64,000 bases of DNA from the human T2T-CHM13v2.0 reference genome, Homo sapiens. Below the pieces are notes generated by a model. The model made no database searches, was not told where the DNA came from, and saw nothing but the letters and a program-made list of their open reading frames with translations. This document shows positions 24,801 through 36,702 of this stretch, piece by piece. The translations under genes and the position numbers were made by a program. The stretch's first letter is position 1, and the number at the start of each line of letters is the position of its first letter. The stretch lies in the NCBI RefSeq assembly GCF_009914755.1, contig NC_060926.1; one strand, 5' to 3'.

Positions 24801-27145
24801 GCTCCTAAATCAGCCTGGTGAACTGGGAAGAGTAGAGATTCCATGAAAGAAAAGAATGTGAATACATGCTTTGGAGATAAGACAGAAAATGGGAGAAAAA
24901 GCAAAGAAGGAAAGAAGGAAGGGAGGGAGGAAGAAAAGAGAGATTCTCCAGAGACACACTGAACTCCCTCACATGTAAATGTTATATTAAAGAAGCAATA
25001 TCACTGGAAATTCACTTCATCAGATATTTAAGTATTAATACATAAATTAGAAATCAATTTTAGGAGTGTTATTCCTCCAATACAAACATTTTTTTCTGGC
25101 TTTTCATCTCCTTGTCATATTCCCAGCAAATAACCACACAGACGGGGTGTGTGTCTCTCCTTAAATGAGATTAGTGAAGGTGGCCCGATCAATTATTTTT
25201 AAGCCTGACCAAATAGGCGTACTCTAATCTTGCCTATTTCAGCATAATGTTGCCCAGCATGATAAAATACTTATTTAAACAGGTGTATCAGTCTCAGAGA
25301 TCTGTATGTATAGTTTACCTTGAAGTCAATTGAAAACAGAATATTCCTTATTGATTTTGCCTGCCTGGCTGCTATATGTAGTCAATGGGACTCACGTGGA
25401 TGTAAATAGAGTGAATCAACTCCTTGCTGGCCCTGGACCTCCTTGAGTCATGTGAAGTAGGTTTCTGATTCCTTTATGTTCAGGCACAGCCAGGGAGACA
25501 AGAGTACTACTGTCTTCTGCTGGTGCAGAGAGTTACCTCAGGCTATGCAGGAAAAATCCTTTTTTCTTATTTTTAGACCTGAATCAGTCTATGCCACTAA
25601 ATGTATTCTTGTGAATACAGATGCACTTTGTTGTCATGCTCGTGGGAAGGCAATGGAGTAACCTGTTTGGACGCAGCTGCAGGCCACCTGTAGAGAAAGT
25701 CAAATTAGGGAGAGACCCCACTGTTCTTTGCATTAATGCTTTTTGTATTGTTGTTTGACTTTTCCCCCTCTGTCGATGTATCTTTTTCAACTAGGGAGAT
25801 CGGGAGCACATTTTAAGGCCTTCTGTCCCTTTAAGGCATCTAATGATTGAAAGGACTCTAAGATTTGAAAGGCTGTAAAAACTCCCCAGTTGGCAATGAA
25901 TGATGGCAATACAAAGAATCTTAAAGCTGTTGAAGTTGAAGTAGTCTTCTTACAGATTTAGTTTGTTTGGTGAACTTCCAGCGGCAGCTCTTACAAGGTA
26001 CTGTTCAAATATTCCCACCTATCTGTGCTGCTGCTCCTTCTAAAGATTTATCATGTTCTCAGTGGAAAAGTAGTTATCCATATTAGCAGTTAACTTTACT
26101 ACAGATAAGAAACAAAAGAAATTCTAAAAGAAGAAGAATAAACTCCTCTTCTTCCTTTCCTCATCTACCAATGTGAAGCTCTAAAAAAGAAGCCCATAAA
26201 TGAAATATCTACTTTAGCCATAAATATTAAGGGAGGGAAATGCACAAATAAAACTTGTTTCTGGAAAGCTTGATTTTGGCTGAATATCAAAAACCATTTC
26301 CTGACAATGAAATCCATTAGACTACGAAATAATCTCTCAAAGTAGTGGTTGCATTGCTTATAAGATTTAACATTTAAGGTTAGGCTGAAGACAGCCACAG
26401 ATCCTCAGGCTCAAATGCAGAATGTTATTTCAGAAGTTGGAGGGACCTACTCTTTTGATCCTAGCTGTTTCTCTTGTTTTGGGTTCCTTTACTTGGAAAT
26501 TCAGGTTATAATATAGGGTTTTATATTAATTTTTTGGTGTCCTCCACCATGGATCCTTGAGAGCTGTTTCAGCTGACTGGGATCGAATCACATGAACCAG
26601 CCTGACTGTGTTTGTGTGTGTGCACTGTTCTTCACGCATCTGAAGCAGAGGAGTCGTCACAATTATTCTAAATGCAGTTAGAGGATTCTGTCTGCCTCAG
26701 CTTTACAATGTTTATCAAGCTCCTGTATTAACTCAGTAACACAACCTGCCATTACAAAATTCAAACTTTTGATAACCAGCATTTCACCAATATGAATTTA
26801 TTTATACAAGATGCCCTTTCAGAGAACATATTATATCTAGGTAGTGACTGAGAGGTTCCCTAATCAATTCTTCAAGATGCAGCTTCAGTACCTTAGTCCT
26901 GAGGACCATGACTAAATTCATTTGATACATGTATGTTATATATTCCACTAAAATCAAAGAAGATATGATAGAATTTGTTGCAACTAAATAGTGGCACTCA
27001 GACAACTTTAATTCTCAAATTCTTGGCACGCATCCTGAAAACTCGACTCTGCGCTTTCTCCTAAATGCTCTGCTCTCTTTTGCTTTATTGTAGTGAAGAA
27101 AAGAGAAAAGTAATGATAATACCGTGCATAGCATAATATTTTACA

Positions 27146-27148
<3 letters not shown>

Positions 27149-27187
<39 letters not shown>

Positions 27188-27450
27188 TTGAGACAGTCTC
27201 ACTCTGTCGCTCAGGCTGGAGGGCAATAGAGCAATCTCAGCTCACTGCAACCTCCACCTCCCAGGTTCAAGTGATTCTCATGCCTCAGCCTCCTGAGTAG
27301 CTAGGATTACAGATATGCACCACCATGCCTGGCTAAGTTTTGTATTTTTAGTAGAGACGGGATTTTACCATGTTGGCCAGGTGGGTCTTGAACTCCTGCT
27401 TTGGCCTCCCAAAGTGCTGGGATTACAGATATGAGCCACTGCACCCAGCC
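27149..27450 (-). mobile_element. Alu (AluS) with about 20-bp internal deletion and (TTTTG)n tail
   Basis: Antisense dimer. 'gaactcctg|ctttggcctccc' lacks the 'acctcaggtgatcc' segment. Confidence 0.93.
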
Positions 27451-27905
27451 ATACTTTGCATTTTTACAGCTTGTTTTCACCTATATTTTTTGACTAAATG
27501 CTCACAACAGCCCAGCAACTGAGGCTGAGATTAAGTGATAAGATTCAGGACTTGAAGGATGGAGCTCTGACTCTAAGCTCTTTGCTCTGTCCACCTCAGC
27601 GCCATAGCTGAATTCTCATATGAAGAACATTTTTCATGTGGTATTCTATTCTGCTGGGACTGACACATAATTAGCACCTTAAACTATATATCCAGGTAAA
27701 GAATTAGTCCTGTGTCAGAAACAAGGCATTTCCAGAAGCATAAAGTATAGCACCTCACAACAAGGTAGTTGGAACCCAGGGTCAAAAACAAGACACATAC
27801 CCCAGGGGAAAAAACCATGTCCCTAGCTAATATCCCTAGCAAATGATCCCTAGCTAATCATGATGCCAAGGTATGCTGCCTCAGGAATCAGATTCGCGGC
27901 ATTTA

Positions 27906-28349
<444 letters not shown>

Positions 28350-28489
28350 CTACCTGTGTTTTGAAGTTGAAATGATTTTATACTACTTTTATCCTTGGAT
28401 GCTTTCTTCATAGCTTAACACAGGTATTGTTTACCAATTAAAATGGGAAGCTGGTTTAAATATCAGCAATCATGCTACAACAGCACAAT

Positions 28490-28690
28490 TGAAGGAGTAT
28501 TTGACTCAAAGCCTTGGCTCTCCTATTCACAAATTTTGAGTGGTTATTTCATTGAACTTCCATTTACTATCTTCTAAAATGTGGAGAATACGAACTAATA
28601 ACTTTTCCCCAGATTGTTGTGATTCTTAAGTGGGATAGCGAATGTGAGTGCTTTGTTATCTGTAATGCACTATATCAATATTATTGTTAT
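28490..28690 (+). mobile_element. MIR SINE
   Basis: ccttggctctcctattcac...atcttctaaaatgtggagaata...agattgttgtgattcttaagtggga. Confidence 0.6.
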
Positions 28691-29803
28691 ATTTTGCTTC
28701 AATATATTTATTAGCTTGCTAAAATAACTTCCTAAGTTATCTAGCTAATCGCCTTTTTAACACCCCAGTCTGATCTCTGCGTGCACTCAGCTCATATCAG
28801 AGTAGTTAAAAGTAAAATGGGAAAACGTGAGCAATGTATAACAATCCTTATTTCAACCACTGTATATAGACAACTCCTATTTTTTGTCAGCTGGTATATG
28901 AGACATCCACATGCAACCATAAAGCCTGTGTTGTAAAGAAGTTTTTAATGCCAGAAATCCCATATGGTTTTGATGTAACTAAAAGGTGTACACTTTCCTC
29001 AAGGTCAAGTCTAAAAATTGGACCACTACAGGCTCTGACCACATGTATGAGAAGCCAAAGGACCTGTGATCTCACCTGCCTCAATCATGTGCCATTATTT
29101 ACTCCACTTGCCTCTTCTGAATGGGTATGATCCCAACCAAACATAGTGAAGGGGAAAGTTAAACAATATTTGGAAAGCCATGTATTTGGAAAGCCAATGT
29201 AAAAGGTACATTATATTACATTTGATATAATGCAACAGTAATTATAACTATATATGCAATTCGTATCTACATAAGCCATGATAGTGGAGGATTTCTTGAA
29301 ATTACTTTCTTTTCCCCCAGTGAAATGTCAGTTGTTTTTAGTTTTAAGTTTTGCAAAATTTGGAACCTGGTTTTCTTACACACTGTAAATAATTACTGCA
29401 GATACATTTCAGTCACGCTGCTCTAACTTGGGAGAAGAATCAGCACCAAAATTCTATGATGTTTCAGGTGGGGCAGAGTGTGAGAAGACAACTCAAAAAG
29501 AGGCTGGAGAGTCTTACTTAGCAGAAACCTCAGCTCTCACTTCTTTTATGGCTGTATTTCATAATACTTATCTTTTGACTTAGAACATTTGCCAGTAAAA
29601 CTTTGATTCTTAGGGCAAATAACCCTGATAATTTAGAACTTAGAGATGTCTTATGAGTTTGCAAACATCAATGCATTATCAAAAGCCCTGTGAATTATTA
29701 GCCATTTAAATACCAGCTACCTATTTTTTTCTGATTACTGTTTCATTTTAATTGCTCCCATTTCCTGTCCTGACCTTAATGTTTCAGTGAAAAGAAGGCC
29801 ACC

Positions 29804-29806
<3 letters not shown>

Positions 29807-29842
<36 letters not shown>

Positions 29843-29846
29843 GAGA
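29807..29846. repeat. (GA)n microsatellite
   Basis: About 20 GA units with one CA interruption. Confidence 0.95.
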
Positions 29847-32800
29847 TCTTTCATTTGTGAATTGCAAAGCTTCAGAGGTCCGAATTTGGCCAGTATGTTT
29901 GCTGCAAAGCCTTGGAATGCTGTTTTGCAGTTTCAAAAGTGATCATACTCAGCTTCCCAGAATTTTTTATGCCTGGAGGATGCCACAAGAACAAGGGCAG
30001 CCTTGTTAACAAGTTCCAATCTCTCAAAAACAAGATAGGATTCGGATATAAATCATCATTTCAGCTCACAAAGCCATGTTCTCCACCCCACTGAAGGGCT
30101 TCATTTACATCTAAAATGGTTAATACTGATCTGCACCAGAACTCCTAAGTGGAGGAATGCAGCTGCCATGTGCTTAGTGACTCTGGGGTTAGGGAAGAAT
30201 GACATCACCAAATGTAAGCATATTATCATGCTGACATAGAGGCACCTTGTTTTCTCCTCTGTGGATAGAGCAAGGATTGTGTTCTGTCTCTTGTTTTTTT
30301 CCGCTCGAAGAATACCTTTCCCCCTCCCTTCTTAGCAGCTGCAATATGAAGGGCTGAAAATGTCACTTCAACTAATGATGAATGATGCTTGACCTCTGGA
30401 TGGGTTACTCAGAATTTTATGCAATTCTAAATTAATATGAAAGATCCCAACTCAAAGGACTTCGGCCGTTAAGATTTGCTTCAAGGATAGATTTGTGTAA
30501 AGCAGTTAGTAGCTTTGGGGATTTTGTTGCTGTTGTTATTGTACTTGGTGGGGGACTGGGAGACTCGTGCTCTGTAAGCAAGGTAAAAGGCAGAATGTGC
30601 TAACATTTTTATGTGTTATTTTTTTCCTGTGAGATTAATATCTTTTTCTACTAGAAATATTGTCAGTAAGCAGAACCAGTTTGTGAAAAAAACATTCTCA
30701 AAAGGGCACAGGCCCACACGTCTTTGTTGTTTTTATTTGAATATAATTAATTATGTAAAGCAATAGTTAGTGTAAGATTAACAATTAGTAGATTCTGTCA
30801 AGTAGTCACACGGAAATTACTAACTAATTGAACTACTGGTCGTCTATTGTGTCAGAAAGCAGTACTGAGTGTCATTCTTTTTATCTTTTTACTTTGTTGT
30901 TTTCACAGATCCTCTTGTTTCTAAGATGTATGTTTCACAGCCGACTAATAAATAAATAACCCTGGTTGTAATTTCATAACATGCAAAAAGGTTTGAAATA
31001 AAAACACCTGTTTTAATTAGCATTATGGTTTGTTCACTTTAAAAAAAGTGATAATCCTGATGCAGTTAGCTGACATTTTTAAAGCTTTGAATTTCCATCT
31101 GTATCTTATATTATGATGTTTCAGGATTGTCATGAGTTAATTATGTTAACTTGGGAAGCATTGCTTGCATTTAGAATGAAAAACTTCAGCTTGAATAGAC
31201 AGAAAAGCAGATGCTATCTTTCTTGTCAATTGCTTTGTTGTGGGCTGCCTTGCAAGTTTTCATGTATTTCTGGATCTAAAAGGAAGTGTAAATCTCTATT
31301 TATTTTAAGTTTAACATAAACTACACAATTTCAGTATTCTTCTGTTTTGGCTGTATGTGTCTTGTGTATCTTTACATGTGTAGCTTTCCTGCCCCCAAAT
31401 TCAGAAATCCACAGTCAAATTATCTCTTCTTTAATTCTTAATTTGTTTTGTTGTGCCTAGGCATTATGGAGATTAGTACATAATAAAATTTAAGAATAGG
31501 ACAACTCTACTGGCTCAATTCTCTCTCTAGTTATTTTTTTCTACCACCTTTTTGCTTTTGTACATCAACCTTTTAAATGGTACAAAATACATGCAGCATC
31601 TGGGCACAACAAGGCATGTTAAGAATGGAGTAGGCACTCTAAGTAGGAATTTCCATGCTTTTGTGAGTTTAATGTTCCTTTAACATAGAGAGCAGCTGTG
31701 TTTATGTCAATAATTACACATTGGGATAAATGCGTGTACATGTTTTTCTTTATGGGATTAAGGATGTTAGGTATGGCCTTACACAAAAGATTCTTGTCCC
31801 TCCCATACCCACCCAAAAAGTTTCTATAAAATTCAAAACCAAGTTACACTGTTCTGAGATTCTGAAATATTTCTCTAGGCATTTGCACTTCTAGATTTCA
31901 ACTGACAGAATATGGGATTGATGTGTTTGTAATCTTCTCTTTGCCCCCCCACCTCATACCCATTCTCCACTCTTCACTACCCTGTTCGGTACCCAGGATC
32001 TGTATGCACTCGCCTTCCAACAGGCTTCCAACTAGATTGGGCCAACGAGAGGCATCTGCAGCAGAACAGAGGGCAGGAGACAATGCAAGAATGCCAGGAC
32101 TGTGAATGCTTAATCCCTGAATTGGTGCCATGAGCAATAAATGCTCGTGCTCAAAAGAAAGTGAGATCAAGGAAAAGTGGATCACTCTAGGCAGAACTTC
32201 TGGGATAAACAATCTTCCTTTGGGCTTTAAAGAAGTGGTGGGATTGGGCCATAGGAGGTAGGTGGGTATGATAGCTTAGGTCAAGAATGAGCAAGAACCA
32301 CAGTATGGTTCTTGCTTGGGAATATCGAGTATACTAGTATAATGGGCCCAGATGCTCAGGTCTGAATGAGGTCAAATTTTAAGACTGAATGGCAGGTTGT
32401 GGCCTGGAAAAAGAGGCCTCGAATGATGGAATTAGAAAACTTAGTGTTTAAAATGTATGGTGAAGGTGTGTTCAGTATATAAATCCAATCTGTAAGTGAT
32501 ATGGAAAGTGGAAGTTTATTCAATGCCTTATCACATATTCAAATGAACGTATGGCTGCTCTACCACTTAAAAATAGCTCTGTTCATTAAAGGAAATGTAA
32601 CCTAGATTTTCAGAAAATTAAAATACAATGTTCTTAAGTCAGTTTAAACTTTAACTGAGATTCATAGTTTGGTTCTGCCTTCCTAAGCATTTGGACTAAG
32701 GCAGAGAGTATAAATCTGATGGGTCATCTTCCTGACCAATCGACTTTCCATTTTGATTGCAAACAATCCACTTGTTTATTTAGATACAACCACTGAACCA

Positions 32801-32946
32801 AGTCATTTAGACACAAACATTGAACAACAACCCATGTGTTTCATTCCTCTCAACTTTAGGTGTATTTTGCCTCATAAAATGTACGGCATTGTAATTGTTA
32901 TTAATTAGCTACACATCAAAGAGCTTGGGTTAGCAGTGGGCCATGA

Positions 32947-33322
<376 letters not shown>

Positions 33323-33614
33323 TAGAAACAAGGCTGTATACCGTAATGGAATTTACCTTCCCAACCAAGCTGATTTGTTTAGATGCTGATCATTGGAAAT
33401 AAATTATTAATCCAGGAACTCATGTTGTTTGTTAGTTTTTTTAATGTAATGGTTTGAAGCAGGCTGCTTATGAGCCTCGTGTAAAAATGATTCTGTTATT
33501 AGTTCCAGGGCATAAACTTGAATGACACTTTTTCCCTTCTTGCTCTATATGTTGCTATACAACTGTTTTCATCCCTTATTGTTTTAGGTGGTTTTGCAAA
33601 ATAATTTGTGAGAT

Positions 33615-33815
33615 AAATCAGGGTTGGAATGTTAGCCTTGACACTAACTTCTTGTATGAATTCGAGCAAGTTATTTAATTTCTCTGGTCCTTAGTTCCTC
33701 ACTTATAAAATCCGTGAATACTACCTTGCTTTGTTACTATGAAAATGACATAAGATCATGCAGATAAAGTACCAAGCACAGCGGCTGGCACATGACAGGT
33801 GTTAAGTTAATGGTC
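33615..33815 (+). mobile_element. MIR SINE
   Basis: gagcaagttatttaatttctctggtccttagttcctcacttataaaa...aagcacagcggctggcacat. Confidence 0.75.
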
Positions 33816-33854
33816 TTGTCGTCTTTGTTGTTACAGTTGTTGTTATTATTACTC

Positions 33855-34520
33855 AACTTTCACTTCTATGCTGATAATTTTCAAATTTGTCTGTCCAGTC
33901 TTTATCTCTTTACCAAGCTCCATAGTCCAAAGTCCAAATATCTACTTAGCATCACCAAACAAAAGTGTCAATAGCATCCCCCAACCAAACTCATTCTCCC
34001 AGGCATCTTTTTATCAAAAAACAAACTGAACAAATTAAAAATCCTAGCTACTCTTTCTCAAGTATTACATGTAAGATAACTTGCATAACTAGCTACAAAC
34101 AATAGTTTTCTTTGGTTCATTCCCCCTTTACCACCCCTATGTTCATTAAATGGATGGCCTCACATGGCCTTTTCGTTGCATTTCTACAAATACTATTTAG
34201 TTCTGGCCTTCATGGTATCTTGCTGGGCTGTTTCCAGGGTCTTCTAACTAATTTGCATATTCCTACTTCTCACCTCTCAAATGCATTATTCTATTTCCTA
34301 CAGATTTATCTTCGTGAAATACAGTCTGGATATTTCCTCATACAAACTTTTGACAATTCTTTCACATCTAACAGAGACCATTTAATCTATTAGCATAACA
34401 GTTACACTTTTCCCTGGCTTCCAAGCTAAGTTCTCATTACATTTCATCATTCACCTTTGCACTGGTCATAATGAAGCCTCTTGCCAATATCAAATTTTGA
34501 TCCATTTCATACCTCTTTGC
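33855..34520 (+). mobile_element. L2 fragment
   Basis: cacttctatgctgataattttcaaatttgtctgtccag... a degenerate L2 ORF2/3' signature. Confidence 0.55.
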
Positions 34521-34524
34521 TAGA

Positions 34525-34725
34525 ACAGTGGTCCTCAGAGTTTAACATGCATCAAAATCACCTGGAGGACTTGTTAAATCATAGACTAATTAGTATTTGT
34601 AGAAATGCAATCACACAGCCAGTTGTATCCAAAAGCCTCTGTTTCAGTTAAAACTGAGGTAGGTCTTGATAATTCACCTTAAATGTCCTGTGTGTGATGC
34701 TGATATAGCTGGTTCTGGGACATCC
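34525..34725. mobile_element. MER5A (hAT-Charlie MITE)
   Basis: cagtggtcctcagagttt...gcatcaaaatcacctggaggacttgttaaa...gtgatgctgatatagctggttctggga. Confidence 0.75.
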
Positions 34726-34835
34726 TTCCTCACCCATCTCAGTTCAACAAAATCCTATGCACTTCTCACTGCCATTGTGTGGGAGACGTTTCATCTGTCA
34801 CCTGTCAGAATGAACCATTCCACACATTGTGTTCA

Positions 34836-34983
34836 TGAGATAGGAGGCAGGACTCAACCACAGAGGCGAGGCTCAGACACCAAACCAAAATGAGGACTAG
34901 CTAAAGCAGGGACAGGGCAGACCTGGGCAAAGCCAAAAGGCATCCCAGTGAGGCCCGATTTGGAGTTTACCTGTCCTGTATCA
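34836..34983 (+). mobile_element. ERV1 LTR fragment (MER50-like)
   Basis: TGAGATAGGAGGCAGGACTCAAC...GGCTCAGACACCAAACCAAAATGAGGACTAGCTAAAGCAGGG resembles an ERV1 LTR 5' end. Family is from memory. Confidence 0.55.
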
Positions 34984-34989
34984 CTAGCA

Positions 34990-35205
34990 GAATGATTGAG
35001 GTTTTAGGTGGAGCCAGATTGCCTGGACTCCGCTACTAAATACCTGAGTGAACCTGAACAAGTTCCTTGATCTCTGGAGCTGCTTTTCCATCAGTAAAGT
35101 TGAACTAATAACAGTACATCCAGCATATGTTGATGTGAGGATTAAATGAATTCCTGCATGTGAGGCACTTAGAATAGTGCCTGAGAAGTGCTCAACTATT
35201 ATTGG
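34990..35205 (+). mobile_element. MIR SINE
   Basis: ggagccagattgcctgg...tgaacaagttccttgatctct...tgtgaggattaaatga...gcacttagaatagtgcctg. Confidence 0.8.
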
Positions 35206-36089
35206 TTTTCTAGTAGTTTATACCTTTACTACAATGCTCAATGACGCTTAAAGTTTGTAGGCCTATCTCCTTTTGAGATGTCAGTTTCCTTGAAAGCAGA
35301 GACCACGTTGTTGTGAATCCCCAGAAACATAGCCCTGGGCTTAGCACTTTATAGAAATCCAGTAAATAAAATTTTTAATTAAATGGAGATCAAAGAAAGA
35401 TTGCAAAAGGATCTTAAGTAAGTAAAAATCTTCTAAACAATAAACAAACCATCCATTTCTTTTTCCCTCATCATAAAGATGAATAAAAATGAGGTCAATT
35501 ATTAATAATACATTGAAAGTAGGTTTGCCTTTTCCTTTGAATTTTCTAAACTCTATAATTAAAATGACTTCAAATTGGAAGATTGTTAAGAAGAAATTAA
35601 TCTTATTGGTAAGTAAAAAAGCAAATCCCATGGTTGATGATAGATATGACCTGTTAGCAATAGTCACACTTTTATATTTTATTTCCTTACAATCAGCATG
35701 TGGAGACCAACATAATCCAATTAACTGTAATTCCCTTTTGTAGCATCCGTAAAGTAGTTTATGATACTAAAACACCATTGAAGTCTTATCTCTGGTCAGA
35801 TAATCCAAATGGATTCTGATTTGCAAACTACCAGCAGGTCTTTATAAACTTCAGGAAAATAGAATATTTTGACTTCCCTGAACCTACAATAAATGTGATA
35901 CACAAAAATTCGTCTCTGAACTCTAATCCTTTGTAAATGCTAGCCATCAGTTTTCTAGACTTCTTTCTCTGCACCTGTTTCTTATTAACTGACTTCTTTT
36001 AAAAGCATTTTTTTCCACAGTGAATATCCAGTATTTCAATACATCAGAGCCTCTCAGCTGAGCTTCTTGCTCATTGTGTCTTTTTGGAC

Positions 36090-36702
36090 ACACCACCCCT
36101 CTTCTATACGCCCACTCCAACCCATCCTACATGCTACTGCCAGAGCATCTTTCTAGAATGTTGCTCCCCTGCTTATGGTCATCCAGACTCTTTCAGTTGT
36201 AAGGACCTTCATGCTGTACCTTCTGCCTTCTTTTCTATCCTCAACACCCTGAGATATGGAATCTATGCCTCTAGGGTCTCCGACAACTTGTGGCATCCCA
36301 AATGCATCATGTTCTTCATTCCTTGGCGTGATTGTTACTTCTAGTTGAATTTTTCTTCATCTCTTCTCTTCCTCTCTCCCAGCTCCTGCACCACCCTCAC
36401 TCACCTGACTGCTCATCGTTTAAGATCATTATTATGTGACACCTCATCTGGAAAGCCTTCTGACTACACCCAGATGAAGCTTGATGCTAATCTTCTATGT
36501 TCCCATAGCAGTCTGCAAGAAGTTATATAATAACATTTACCGTACTTGATTACATTTTTTTCTATTTGACCAAACTTCCTATATACTATGAAATCTTTGA
36601 GCATAGAAGCTAGATCTTTATTTATCTTATTTTTACCCCAGCAGCTATAACATGCCTAGCACAAAATTTGGGTTCAATAAATATTTGATAAGTGAATGAA
36701 TA
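36090..36702 (+). mobile_element. L2 3' end
   Basis: cacctcatctggaaagccttctgactacaccc...tgcctagcaca...tcaataaatatttgataagtgaatgaa. Confidence 0.7.
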
